Shown: positions 32,839 to 43,755, counted from the stretch's first letter. The stretch: DNA of 64,000 bases from Candidatus Marinacidobacterales bacterium (GCA_965237955.1 OZ250169.1:3616001-3680000); one strand, 5' to 3'. Notes: a model not told the origin generated them from the letters alone. Numbers and translations are program-made.

Positions 32839-34449
32839 TCAGGAGCTACAAGAGAGCATCGAGCAGCCGGGGCGATTCCGAGCCCAGTCGGGGCGCTTTT
32901 GGGCGTGCTCTTCTTTTCCCGGCTGTTCGTCATAAGGGTGGTGCAGCACATCGAGCAACTCTTCGACGAGCGAGAAGTCTCCCGTCTCGGCTTGGTCGGT
33001 GGCGAGCTGGGCCATGTAGTTCCTGAACACATATTTGGGATTCACGGCGTCCATGCGCTCCCGACGAACAGCGCCACAAACGCCGTCCTCGCGTAGCCGG
33101 GCGCGATAGGCTCGAAGCCAGCGACCCCAACGACGCCGGTCCTCCACCGTCAGCGCATCGGGCGCGTAGAAGGCATCCATCAAAGGTTCCAGCATGACAT
33201 CGTCACGCACGTCGTCATCCGGGTCTGATGCGTCCGCCCCGACCAGGACCAAGCGGCGATAGAAGATGGTCATGTCCGTTTCGACGAGACGCAAGAGCGT
33301 CTGAAGCTCGGTGAAAAACTCGCTGTCGGACTCCCCTTGGTAGGACTCGAACCCGAGCTTCCTTGCCATCATCTCCGGCCACTCCTTCTCGAACGTCTTC
33401 GGATAGACCTCGAGCGCGGCCTGAAGCGCGGGGACATCCTCGACGAGACAATGGATGGCGTTGGCGAGCTGGACGAGGTTCCAGAGGGCGATCTGCGATT
33501 GATGGCCGAAACGGTAGCGGCGGCCCGTGGCATCGGTGGTGTTCGGCGTCCAATCGGGATCGAAATTATCGAGCCAACCGTAAGGCCCGTAATCGATCGT
33601 AAGGCCGAGGACCGACATGTTGTCGGTATTCATCACGCCGTGGACGAAGCCCACGCGCATCCAATGCACGATGAGCTCTGCCGTCTTTCGGCAAACCTCC
33701 TCAAACCACGCCAAATAGCTCTCTTTCGAGGGCCCGCCCAAGTGCGGGAAGTCGTTCCGAATCGTGTAATCGGCAAGCTGTCGCAAGACGTCGATCTCGC
33801 CCCGGGAGGCGAAGATCTCGAAGCTCCCGAAACGGGTGAACGAGGGCGCGACCCTGCAGACGATGGCCCCGGGCTCCGGCGCGGGATGGCCGTCGTAGAA
33901 CATGTCCCGCACGACCTCTTCGCCGGTGAGCACGAGACTCAGAGCCCGAGTCGTAGGAACCCCGAGATGGAACATCGCCTCGCTACACAAAAACTCGCGC
34001 ACCGAAGAGCGCAGCACCGCCAGACCGTCCGCGGAGCGCGCGTAGGGCGTCGGCCCCGCCCCTTTGAGCTGGAGCGTCCAACGTTTCCCGCCCTGACCGG
34101 CGAGCTCTCCAAGGTTGATCGCGCGCCCATCACCGAGCTGCCCCGCCCAATGGCCGAACTGATGGCCGCCATAGCAGGTCGCGTGCGGGTCCATTCCGTC
34201 CAACACCCGATTCCCCGAAAAAACCTGGATGAAGTCCTCTGAACGGCACGTCTCGGGCGAGAGCCCGAGCTCTTCGGCGACTTCCGAGGCGAAAGCGACC
34301 AGCTCCGGAGCACGGACTTTGGCGGGCCAAACACGGGAAAAGCACGCGCCCAAGACTTGGCGCGGTCGATTCGTCTCGTCGGGATCGGCCGGGAGCTCCC
34401 GGGTGAAACGGTTGTCGAAAACGAGCTCGTCCAGAGCCGTCGATTCCAA
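32839..34449 (-). CDS. selO: Protein adenylyltransferase SelO/YdiU
   Basis: YGGHQFGHWAGQLGDGRA, QLKGAGPTPY, DGLAVLRSSVREFL, GFVHGVMNTDN, IDYGPYG; ends CSMLSCSS. The 5' end abuts a MITE. Confidence 0.95.
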   Translation of the reverse strand: MESTALDELVFDNRFTRELPADPDETNRPRQVLGACFSRVWPAKVRAPELVAFASEVAEELGLSPETCRSEDFIQVFSGNRVLDGMDPHATCYGGHQFGHWAGQLGDGRAINLGELAGQGGKRWTLQLKGAGPTPYARSADGLAVLRSSVREFLCSEAMFHLGVPTTRALSLVLTGEEVVRDMFYDGHPAPEPGAIVCRVAPSFTRFGSFEIFASRGEIDVLRQLADYTIRNDFPHLGGPSKESYLAWFEEVCRKTAELIVHWMRVGFVHGVMNTDNMSVLGLTIDYGPYGWLDNFDPDWTPNTTDATGRRYRFGHQSQIALWNLVQLANAIHCLVEDVPALQAALEVYPKTFEKEWPEMMARKLGFESYQGESDSEFFTELQTLLRLVETDMTIFYRRLVLVGADASDPDDDVRDDVMLEPLMDAFYAPDALTVEDRRRWGRWLRAYRARLREDGVCGAVRRERMDAVNPKYVFRNYMAQLATDQAETGDFSLVEELLDVLHHPYDEQPGKEEHAQKRPDWARNRPGCSMLSCSS

Positions 34450-34454
34450 AAGGG

Positions 34455-34620
34455 GGTGCTTGCGCTGTTTGCTGTTGGTGATGTGTACGTATCCCTTTGC
34501 AAAAAAAGCACTTACGCTCCGTTTAGCGCCCGGCGAAGGTCGTGAGCGCTATTTTGGCTGTAATTTAATGCAGCGTAAAGTCTTAGCGTCATCTCACCAA
34601 CACTTAATGGCAGAAGCACC
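34455..34620. mobile_element. 166-bp IS1-like MITE, copy 2
   Basis: Near-identical to 20878-21043. Confidence 0.8.
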
Positions 34621-34978
34621 GTCATCTGCATGGTGACGACCCGCCCGCTCAAGACGATTGTAAAGCCTACGGCCCTTGGCCCGGTCGCAAACACAGACAC
34701 TAAGTTGCTGATTTATGGCCTATTTCAAAAGGGCCGAGTTTTGGCACAGGACGCGGTATCGAGATATGGACCCGGCGGGTCTTCAGCTGAATCGCGAAGA
34801 AGACGTAGAACGTAACCAGACCCGCGGGAGTCCATATTTCTGTGGTGAAGAAATCGGCAGCGGCAAGGGTAGTCGGCGCAGCCGCGACAGGAAAAGCAAG
34901 TCGAGCTGTTCGAGGAAGCGCTCGCGTAGGCTGTAATGGGCAACAAAAACAGGTGATAGGTGCTGCATGAAGCGGGCG

Positions 34979-35641
34979 TCACCGAAAGGGGGTTTGCATC
35001 ACAACTGTTGCACGCCCTTCCCGGCGAAACTCACGAGCTAGATCCTCGGCATCCGCCCGATAAACGAATTCTCCGACCCAAACACGATAGTAAAGCCGAC
35101 CGCTCGCCCGGAATCCAGAGATCTCGACCGGACGATGTCCTTCCCGCTTGATCTCATCGGCGAGCTCTTTGGCGGCCGACTCGTCGCGGAACGAGCCGAG
35201 CTGGACTCTCCAACGGGTGGCCAGACGACTTTGATCTACTTGGATGACTTCAATCTGGACCGGCGCTACGCCCTTTTGGACCATGTTGATCGCCTTCGCC
35301 GCGCCGTAGGAAAGATCCAGGACCCGTCCGTCGATAAAAGGGCCCCGGTCGTTGACCACCACCACCACGCTGCGCCCGTTATCGGGGTCGGTGACCCGCA
35401 ACACGGTGCCGAAGGGAAAGGTCCGATGGGCTGCAGTGAACCGTTCAGGGTCCATCGGCTCTCCGCTCGCGGTGGCCCGACCTTCTTCTTCCAGCCCGTA
35501 CCAGGAAGCAAGGCCCTCGAAAGTGGTTCCGCGAAGCGGAGCCGGGGCTGGCGTGCCGGAGGGTGTCGTCACCGACGGTCCGCGGCTGGCACAGGCCGCG
35601 ACAAAAGAGCAAAGCAGGATTGTGGGGAAAGTCCGCTTCAC
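34979..35641 (-). CDS. rlpA: RlpA septal lytic transglycosylase lipoprotein with SPOR domain
   Basis: Lipobox VAAC; GLASWYG, TASGE, TAAHRTFPFGT, VNDRGPF, LDLS; C-terminal VQLGSF...YRVWVG. Confidence 0.93.
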   Translation of the reverse strand: MKRTFPTILLCSFVAACASRGPSVTTPSGTPAPAPLRGTTFEGLASWYGLEEEGRATASGEPMDPERFTAAHRTFPFGTVLRVTDPDNGRSVVVVVNDRGPFIDGRVLDLSYGAAKAINMVQKGVAPVQIEVIQVDQSRLATRWRVQLGSFRDESAAKELADEIKREGHRPVEISGFRASGRLYYRVWVGEFVYRADAEDLAREFRREGRATVVMQTPFR

Positions 35642-35665
35642 AAACTTTAATTATACCTGCTTTGC

Positions 35666-37313
35666 CGTCGTGTCCGAACAGGAGAACCCGACGTGGGGAT
35701 ATACGCGCCTGCGGGGCGCAGTCAAGAACCTCGGACATGAACTCGGACGCAACACTATCAAGAGGGTTGTGCCTTCTATTTATTCATCCGCGCGCACCGA
35801 ATTTGATTAGTCTCCGGTCTGCCGGCACCATGCCGGCATGATTTCGTCGTTGGTTCCCGCTCTCATCTCTGCCTTCAAGGCTCGTCGCAAGCTAGCTCTT
35901 GAGAATGTCGCGTCGCTCTTCGGCAGCAGCTCGCCGTCCTCCGTCGTTCGGTGAAACGGACGCGGCTCTCGAATGTCGACCGCGGGTTTTGGGTGCTGTT
36001 GCGCAGAATCTGGACTGGCTGGGAGAGTTGTCCTCGTCATCGTGAAACCTGAGACGGTCGTCCGCTGGCACCGTTGTGGGTTCAGAACGATATTGGGCGT
36101 GGAAGAGCCGACGGCGTAGGCCCGGACGAAGCGTGTCGGGCTTCACGACGACTAGGGCATTCTTCCAGTCGAACAGCCGAGCCAGCGCCGCCATCGTGAA
36201 CCGCCTCCTGTGCCAAAACTCGGCCCTTTTGAAATAGACCATAAATCAGCAGCTTAGTGTCTGTGTTTGCGACCGGGCCAAGGGCCGTAGGCTCTACAAT
36301 CGCGTTGTGTCCAAAAACAGAAACGCGCCGCCAAGCCCTTGATGGTTGAGCTCTCCATAATAATGATAGATGAACTCGGCGACGGCCCGGCGCGTGGGCG
36401 TCGTGTCCAAAAATACAAACGAACTCGAGACCGGCTCGCCGGGACGTTTCGGAATAGACGTATCTACGCTTGATTGGCCAATGGGAGCTAGAATCCTCGG
36501 TCATGAGCACGCCGGTCCAGCCCTTGACCTTGTTGGTCGTCGCCATCGCTGGTTGGCTCCAGCGTGACCAACAGGCTGCTATGGTCTACTTGCTCGAGGA
36601 GAACAAAGTCCTCAACGCTCGGCTTTGCGGGAGGAAGCTTCGTCTCACAGACGACGAGCGACGTCGGCTCGCGGTAAAGGGTAAGGCGCTTGGCCGGAAA
36701 CTCTTGGCAGAAGTCGCCGGTATCGTCACACCGGAAACCCTTCTGGCTTGGCACCGAAGGCTTCGTGTCGCGAGAGCGACTTGGGGGCATTCTTCAACTA
36801 CTACTGCCGTGCCGCGTAGATTGTCGCCGGCGACGGTAGCCCCTCGGCGGGCTCGACCGGCGTAGCGTGGAAACAGCTTCAGGAACACGCTTGGATATTC
36901 GCTCTCGACTAGGTGGTCATCTGCATGGTGACGACCCGCCCGCCCAAGACGATTGTGAAGCCCACGGCCCTTGGCCCGGTCGCAAACACAGACACTAAGT
37001 TGCTGATTTATGGCCTATTTCAAAAGGGCCGAGTTTTGGCACAGGACGAGGTCTCCATCTTTCGTTGCGACAGAAACTCTCCGTTCTTGTGCTATGGCAA
37101 TTCCTACCGTCGCGCCCAGGACGGCGACGAAACACATAAGTGTTTGACTACAGTGCGGTGTACTTTCCTCTCTCCGTGAGTGTGACACAGGCCTAGTTGA
37201 GCTTCCAATGAGATCCGTCCCCGTCCTGTGCCAAAACTCGGATCTTTCGAAATAGACCATAAATCAGCAGCTTAGCAAGTTCGGTGCGCGCGGATGAATA
37301 AATAGAAGGCACA
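35666..37313. mobile_element. Cluster of rve-family IS fragments; includes an internally deleted element at 36399-37048 and a 92-bp MITE at 37222-37313
   Basis: Fragments ENPTWGYTRLRG, RRKLALENVA, LFDWKNALVVVKPDT, MSTPVQPL...PETLLAWHRRL and C-terminal RERLGG...YY, plus multiple ends. Confidence 0.85.
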
Positions 37314-37407
37314 ACCGTCTCGAACCGAAAAGGCGCCCTTGTCAATCCCGATACCGCCTCTTCCACGACAATCGCCGCCCAAGAATGCCCTCCAGTTTGT
37401 CGAGGTA

Positions 37408-40179
37408 TCACAGTAACGACACCGTGCTGAGGTCTGTCCAGTTCAACTTCTGTAGGTCACCAATTAGCCAAGCATGTGCGAGATCCGTCACTGGTCGTGT
37501 AGTGTCTATGGCCGGTAGTGAGTCTCCCACGATCGGGCATGGTGTTGCGTCGATCCCGGATCGAACCGATCTCAAATTCTCTTCTTCTTCTCGCCAATAG
37601 GACAGCAGATCGAAGTCCTCGGACGCGCCCCACTCCAAGGCCACCTGCGATGCGCCGTCTCGAGGTAGCGCCCTCGCACACCAGGTCAGACTAGGTGCCC
37701 CCTCCCAGTGGGACTGTTGTGACTTCGTCAGCCGACCCTCCAGTCTGATGGGAAACAGCCGGGCGAACCGAAAACGGTTCCGAAAACCGCCGAACCACCG
37801 ATCGACCATCTCCATGTAGAGCTGCAAAGCGGCCGAGTACACGGCGGTGGCGCGTTGTAGCAACCGCTCATCGCTGTAGAAGTCCCAGGTGTGGAGTCCA
37901 CGCGTACCCTTTGAAGGTCTCCGGTCAAACCCCGGCCAGGGATCACGAACTACGTCCTCGCCTTGCTCTAGTAGGCGTTCGAGTTTACCCCTCATGAGGT
38001 CAAGTTCGTACGGCGCTATCTCCAGCTGACGAATCTTGAACACTATAGTTTCTCGTCTCGCCTGCGTGGCCATCTGCAGAACGGTCTCAAGCACCTCCCG
38101 CGCGCCAATCGGTCTCGGGCTGAACTCTCCTTGTCCGGCTATGGCCAAAGCAAACGCCCACACGAGTTCGCGTGTCGTGTGGTCGGACGGCAGTGCGAGC
38201 CGTCTCGTCAATATTGTCTTCGACAAAGAGTCTACTAGATAGCGTCTTGTTCTCTTCCATGGCCATTCCGCACCAAGTGGGGTCATTTCTGTATGAAGGA
38301 TCGCCCAACCCGGGTCAAGATGCCGAAAACCAGTCTTCGCACCCTCTGGCAATTGCACGACGGGATGAGATAGCGTTCTCCCGCCGCTGTACCAAGAAGT
38401 CGTAATCGTTGTGGAGTCCATTCGGATGCCCACGGCAGCCGTGCTATCGTCAGCAGCAACTGGACCTATTTCTTGAAACAGCTTGCCCAGACCGCGGCGC
38501 CACGCGTCCATCGCGTTCCAGAGTTCGGACCCTAGCTGCTCGGCAGACGCGGGGGACCTATCGGTAACGTCCTCGTCGCCCCCTGCCGTGGCAGTGTCTT
38601 GGATCAGAAGAGCTGCAAGGCCGGGATCCGAAGAGGCGAGTTTGTGACGCAACGCATCTCGGGTATTTTCGTTTTCGGATTCAATAACGAGTTGGAAAGC
38701 CGTCATCCAACGGTCCGATGCGGGAACGATGTCGTCTATAGGGACGTTTTCTTCGATAAGCGCTCGCGCTGCGTACCACTCCCTCAACACCTCGTGGTTG
38801 AAATCGAACGTGTCTCCAGACTCGTCGATGAGACGAGAGTTTGCCAGCAATCCCTGTCCAACGTGACTGAGCGTCACGTCCGACTTGCGTACACGTCTTC
38901 CGGTGCTGATCGCCTTTACGGCCAGTCTCTGCAGTAGGCAGTTGAGTCCCTCTCCTTTTTGTCGGCTCTGCTCGACGACTTGTTGGGCCAGCCGGTTGAT
39001 TAGATCCACTGGACGGTCGAGGCCTATCGCCCGTCCGCGGCGCAATTCAGCCCCGATCATCACCGCGAACAGTGGGCGTCGAGCCGCGTTCCGAAGGGAT
39101 TCCGACCAACTGTATAGTTCTCCCAGTTGGCATTTCCTGCCGGCGATCCTGCTGATTAAGTCGATGGTCTGATCGTCATTCAACGCGGGAAGTATAGTGT
39201 GTTGCTCAGGTACCTTCAGGCCGGGTAGTGCGCTGCTTGTGGCTAGAACGCGTGATTTCGGGTGCGCGTCCATGTAATACTTAATCTGAGTGATCAATTC
39301 GTTTGCTTGGGACACTCCTGTTTCGTCGAGGCCGTCGAGGATCACCAATGTTGGTTGATAGTACGGCTGAACTAGCCCAGCGGTGCGCTTTTCGATGTAC
39401 TCCTCTAGCGGGTCGGTCAGGTCTCTTGCATGCACAAAAAGTGGGAAGGGCTGGGTTCCGTCCTGTAGCGCGATTTCAATGGCGCGCTGAAAGAAGCGTG
39501 AAGCGGCCAGAGACTTGCCGGATCCAGTGGCCCCGACCACCATCTGGAAGTGGAAATCTCCTGCGGTCAGGACGTCGCCGACGGAGCGGTCATTGGCGAG
39601 TTCGGTAGCAAGGTCACTGGGGACGTCCAGTGTAATCCACAACTGCTTGCACTTGGCGAAGGAGGAGTCGCGCCATTCTCGTAGCTTCTGGCGGCGAGCG
39701 GGCGGCGCGGGGTCTCGCAGGGCCGTGGTGATTTCATCAGATAGCGAAGCGGTAAGCGCTTCGTGGAGCGCCGGGCCGGAGTTGACGTTCCGCCATTTGC
39801 AATACCCAGACACCGTGGTGAGGAGCTCTCGGGTTAGCGGGTCTCGGTTTTCGGCCGGCAGCTTGAATACGAGGAGACGGCGGCCAGTGGCTATGCGTGC
39901 ATTGATTTCGTCGACTACAGGTTGGGTAGTCTGTGAACCTACGAGCCACACGAGAAGGTCGGCGTCTCTCGCCTTCTTCAAGTAGGCATCGACCGCAGAT
40001 TCCGAACTCGCGGGAGTGAATTCAAATGCCCAGGGTTGCGCGCATGGAAACCTATCGAACGTCCGAACTGCCTCGTCCCGCGCCCACTGCAATTCCTCCG
40101 TCACGCTGCTGATGAAGACAAGAAGATTGGACTCGGAGCGCAACAGGATGTCGTCGGGGGTTTGCTGAGACTTAGGCAC
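37408..40179 (-). CDS. DUF4062 (TIR-like) + NACHT/STAND NTPase, candidate antiphage protein
   Basis: VFISSVTEEL...R...PWAFE N-domain; Walker A GATGSGKS; Walker B VILDGLDE; RPLFAVM and FNHEVLREWYAA. Probable GTG start at 40179. Confidence 0.75.
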   Translation of the reverse strand: MPKSQQTPDDILLRSESNLLVFISSVTEELQWARDEAVRTFDRFPCAQPWAFEFTPASSESAVDAYLKKARDADLLVWLVGSQTTQPVVDEINARIATGRRLLVFKLPAENRDPLTRELLTTVSGYCKWRNVNSGPALHEALTASLSDEITTALRDPAPPARRQKLREWRDSSFAKCKQLWITLDVPSDLATELANDRSVGDVLTAGDFHFQMVVGATGSGKSLAASRFFQRAIEIALQDGTQPFPLFVHARDLTDPLEEYIEKRTAGLVQPYYQPTLVILDGLDETGVSQANELITQIKYYMDAHPKSRVLATSSALPGLKVPEQHTILPALNDDQTIDLISRIAGRKCQLGELYSWSESLRNAARRPLFAVMIGAELRRGRAIGLDRPVDLINRLAQQVVEQSRQKGEGLNCLLQRLAVKAISTGRRVRKSDVTLSHVGQGLLANSRLIDESGDTFDFNHEVLREWYAARALIEENVPIDDIVPASDRWMTAFQLVIESENENTRDALRHKLASSDPGLAALLIQDTATAGGDEDVTDRSPASAEQLGSELWNAMDAWRRGLGKLFQEIGPVAADDSTAAVGIRMDSTTITTSWYSGGRTLSHPVVQLPEGAKTGFRHLDPGWAILHTEMTPLGAEWPWKRTRRYLVDSLSKTILTRRLALPSDHTTRELVWAFALAIAGQGEFSPRPIGAREVLETVLQMATQARRETIVFKIRQLEIAPYELDLMRGKLERLLEQGEDVVRDPWPGFDRRPSKGTRGLHTWDFYSDERLLQRATAVYSAALQLYMEMVDRWFGGFRNRFRFARLFPIRLEGRLTKSQQSHWEGAPSLTWCARALPRDGASQVALEWGASEDFDLLSYWREEEENLRSVRSGIDATPCPIVGDSLPAIDTTRPVTDLAHAWLIGDLQKLNWTDLSTVSLL

Positions 40180-40201
40180 AACAGTTAGTGAACCGCCCCG
40201 G

Positions 40202-40718
40202 AGGATGTGTCCCGAGGTCCGTGGAAAAAGAACGGCACCCTCCACTCCGTCATCAGAGTATCATATCAGGCGGTAACCTCCGCGTGTTCGAGAACCTCGC
40301 TCAGACGTTGGTAGCCGTCAATGCGTCGTAGTTGAATCTGGCGAGAGGCGATAAGCCCAAACAGCAAAGCGACCGCGGACTCCTCGCTGGAGAACGACGC
40401 TTGGGTTTTCGTCCGGCGTCGAAACTCGCGGTTGAGATTCTCCAGAGCATTGGTCGTTCGAATCGATTTCCACATGGCACGAGGAAATTCGTAGAAGGTC
40501 AGCAGCTGATTACCGGCCTCCTCTAGGCTTCGGACGACGGCCGGCGCGAGAGGCGTCCACTTAGCGACGAGCTCGTCATAGGCTTTGCGAGCATCGATCC
40601 CGTTCTTGGCGTAGACGATCCGATTGTAGTCACGCCGGAGCTCACGGCGTGCGTGCGCCGGGCAATGTTCGAGCAAGTTGGCGCGCTTGTGCTCGGTACA
40701 TCGCTGCAACCGGCACCC
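40202..40718 (-). pseudogene. IS256-family transposase C-terminal fragment with right end
   Basis: QRCTEHKRANL, LLTFYEFP, IRTTNALENLNREFRRR. Confidence 0.88.
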
Positions 40719-40858
40719 CGTCCTGTGCCAAAACTCGGCCCTTTTGAAATAGGCCATAAATCAGCAGCTTAGTGTCTGTGTTTGCGCCCGGCCCAAGGGC
40801 CGTAGGCTTTACAATCGTCTGGCCCGAGGGTGTTATCTTCAGGTTTTGGCACAGGACG
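40719..40858. mobile_element. 140-bp MITE
   Basis: TIRs CGTCCTGTGCCAAAAC on both sides; truncated sister copy at 61505-61628. Confidence 0.88.
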
Positions 40859-41056
40859 GGGCGCACCCTGCGTCCCCTGTAGGGGCATGATGGTGGTGCT
40901 GCCCGGCCGGTTCCGATCGCGTTCTGAACTAACTTCCTTCACCTCATCCAGATCGGGGTCGTCGGTCACGATCTCTGGACCAGATTCGAAGGGAAGGGCC
41001 AATCAGATGTTCGCTCTCTATGAGGGCTCCGTTCTGCGATTTCCCTCGTGCTCTTC

Positions 41057-42163
41057 TTAGTTGCGTACCGGTTCCCTTATTGGCAGTCTGTACGGTCGCC
41101 TCCATACATCGCTTACGCATCCTAATGTTCCGATCGGGGGGGCTTTGCAAGTACTTGACAATCTTATGATACAGATCCCTTTATCTCCTGTATCGAACCG
41201 GAACCTTGGTCCTGCTGTTCCGCCGAGTATGTCATTCGGGCATCCATCTATTTCCCACTTGTAATCATAAGTTTTTGCCATTGGCGGTTCGATAACTATT
41301 TCTACCTGACGGTTGGCTTGTACTCCCGAAAACCCTCCGACTAGTATGACCTTTCGCTCTCTTCGCGTCCCCACTTCCAATGTATCTAGCACATCATTGG
41401 ACGCTGCTTGTTCCTTTGCTGCTGCCCCCGCTTGCTCCTGCTCTTGAGCTTTTCTTAACCCTTCCATTTCGCGTTGTAGTTTTAGACGTTCTTGCCTTTC
41501 CATTTCGGCGATTCTGTTGGCCTCCTTAAGTTTCTGTTGCTCTCGCGCTCTAGGATTTGAGCTTTCGGCTCCGTTCGCGTTTTCGGACACGACGGGATCG
41601 TCTGTGAGCTGGGACTGGGCTACACCGGCGTCGAGCAGCTTCTTGGTTTCCACGTCGTAGACTACCCAGTTGATGTTGATGTCGACAGTATCCCCCAGCG
41701 GCTTCTTGAGTACTTCTAGGTGCGGGGGAATGAACTTTTCATTTACTTCTCCAGCCTCAATGGATTTCTCTTCCCAGCAGCGTGGATCGACAGGGTCGAG
41801 ACAGTCCGAGACGGGAGATTCGATCCTCACCTTGTCGAGCTGTTTGGCCTTGAATGCGATGTGGACACCGAGTTTCTCGCGACAATCATTCCGGCCTGTC
41901 AAGCTGAGAGGCATCGACTGCCACTCACTGACTGAAACCGTCTTTGGGTAGTTCATCTCGGCCTGGAAACAGTCCTTTACTGATTCTTCAGCCTTGAACA
42001 TTGCAAAGAATTTAGAGCTGATTTCAGAAAAGTTCTTGGCGGCTACAAGCAAGGCTGTCAGGGCCACGATCACGGCGGTGATTTTGACGCTGCTGCGGGT
42101 AATCATGTCCAGAAGATCGGAGGAATTCTTCTTTGGTTCGGACTTTTTCTCTTCGTCGCTCAT
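41057..42163 (-). CDS. Hypothetical membrane-anchored protein, apparently an in-frame chimera across a MITE-end scar
   Basis: N-terminal TM helix and Cys-containing domain; IS-end scar at 41546-41594; lower-GC coiled-coil and C-terminal half. Confidence 0.55.
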   Translation of the reverse strand: MSDEEKKSEPKKNSSDLLDMITRSSVKITAVIVALTALLVAAKNFSEISSKFFAMFKAEESVKDCFQAEMNYPKTVSVSEWQSMPLSLTGRNDCREKLGVHIAFKAKQLDKVRIESPVSDCLDPVDPRCWEEKSIEAGEVNEKFIPPHLEVLKKPLGDTVDININWVVYDVETKKLLDAGVAQSQLTDDPVVSENANGAESSNPRAREQQKLKEANRIAEMERQERLKLQREMEGLRKAQEQEQAGAAAKEQAASNDVLDTLEVGTRRERKVILVGGFSGVQANRQVEIVIEPPMAKTYDYKWEIDGCPNDILGGTAGPRFRFDTGDKGICIIRLSSTCKAPPIGTLGCVSDVWRRPYRLPIREPVRN

Positions 42164-42499
42164 AGTCTTCCACGCGACGTCCACCAAACAAACGGGCACC
42201 GCATTCACTCGTCTCTAGTTTGTGGTCCGGTCCTCGAAGAATCCCATGGCCTCCACAATCGCTATGTCTTGGAGCGTCCGGCGCACAAAGTTGCGCGTCA
42301 CATTGAAGCGGGCCTGGTGGGCCCGCTCGGCGTAGCGTGAAAACAGCTTCAGGCACACGCCAAGTACGCGAAGCTCTATAAACGCAGTCGGCGAAATTCG
42401 AACCATATGTAACAAAAGGCAAGCGGCTATCACACTGTAGCCGCCACCATTCCTCGTTGCTGCTGGTTGAGAAAATGTCCAAAGACCATGTTCGACTTT

Positions 42500-42760
42500 A
42501 CATCTTGTATATTCCGCCGACGCTGACACAGTATCGCAGCTTTCAAAGGATCGAACAGATCATCGTTCGGGTCGGCACGACGATTGCTCAGCTTCAGCGT
42601 GCGGATCACCTCAACATACTTGACCCGGCGAACGCTTTCTAGGAGCTGCTCAATAAGCACCTTCCGTCTCGTAGAATTGTGGATTCCCGGAATAGAGCGC
42701 TTTTCCCTATCAAAGGAAAGCAAGTCAGCCTCAAGTCCCTGAGCAAACTCACGATCCCAG
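42500..42760 (-). pseudogene. N-terminal fragment resembling alpha-glutamyl/putrescinyl thymine pyrophosphorylase clade 3
   Basis: PGI...RRKVLIEQLLESVRRVKYV...RADP..DLFDPLKAAI, recognised from memory of the family. Confidence 0.5.
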
Positions 42761-42963
42761 GGAAAGGCCACCCCCTGCTGTCCCATCTGGGCAAGCAAGC
42801 CGTCGACAGCTTTCGCAGTTTCGAAGAGGCACTCGTCACCGAAGACCAGGAGTACGACGTCATCGCGCTCCCCGAGCAGCGTCGTTGGCAACCGGTACCG
42901 CGAGACTAGCGAGTTCCAAGGACTCGCGCAGTCAGACTTGTCTCATCTCATCGCCGCCGCGTC

Positions 42964-43215
42964 TTATTGCTTCGCTGTCTTCTTCGCCTTCTCTGCCGCT
43001 TTGGCTTCTCGCACCTTTGCCTTCTCCGCCGCGTTGGCCTTGGCTTCCCGCACCTTTAGCCACGCCCGGACCTCCCGCAGACGGAATTGAGACGCCACGC
43101 CGCGCCCTCTAGTGTGGACCGGCATCCCAGACCGCTCCCATTTTGTTACCATCTGTTTATCGACGCCCAAATGCTCGGCTAGTTCCGACCTCGTCAACAC
43201 TCGCGCTTTGGCCAT
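42964..43215 (-). CDS. Small winged-HTH protein, Nu1/excisionase-like
   Basis: LTRSELAEHLGVDKQMVTKWERSGMP...FRLREVRAWL; GGAGGAGG RBS; Ala/Lys-rich tail. Confidence 0.65.
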   Translation of the reverse strand: MAKARVLTRSELAEHLGVDKQMVTKWERSGMPVHTRGRGVASQFRLREVRAWLKVREAKANAAEKAKVREAKAAEKAKKTAKQ

Positions 43216-43399
43216 AGTCCTCCTCCAAATGGCACTGCCCCCTTCTGCATTGAAAGACGCTCTTAGGGTACTACGGTTTCCCCTTGAACGAAGGATTCCA
43301 ATTCCTTTACTTCATTTCCACTCCTTTTGAGGGTAGCTCGTGTCCGTCAATTCATGACACTGATGGTCTATTTCAAAAGGGCCGAGTTTTGGCACAGGA

Positions 43400-43755
43400 G
43401 GTGCTTCCGCAATTAAGTGTTGGCGGCCAGCCCCTAACCGGTCTGCGTGCTAGAGTTTGAACCAGAATTCGAAGACACAGTTCTCTCATCGTCAGGGCCG
43501 AGCCGAAGTGAAGAATCGCAGATGTCTCAATCCCGCATGTCCGTTGCGGGGCAAAGTCAGTTCCGGAAACATCGTTCGCCACGGATTCTACCGAACCAGG
43601 TCCTGGAAACGCCGTCGATACCAGTGCGGCGAGTGCGGAAAGACGTTCTCCTCGACGAAAGGCACGCCCTACTACCGTCTCCAACATCGAAGAGCTACTT
43701 TCGATGGGGTCATCGCTCTCAGAGTCGAGGGTGTCAGCATTTCCGCGATTTCTAA
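43400..43755 (+). pseudogene. IS1-like left end and zinc-ribbon/HTH transposase N-terminal fragment
   Basis: End GGTGCTTCCGCAATTAAGTGTTGG; CLNPAC...RRRYQCGECGKTF...EGVSISAIS. Confidence 0.75.

Noticed and set aside
32839-32860. Selenocysteine read-through at the SelO C-terminus
   Set aside because: The protein ends in a complete CSS motif before TGA; I saw no SECIS-like support.
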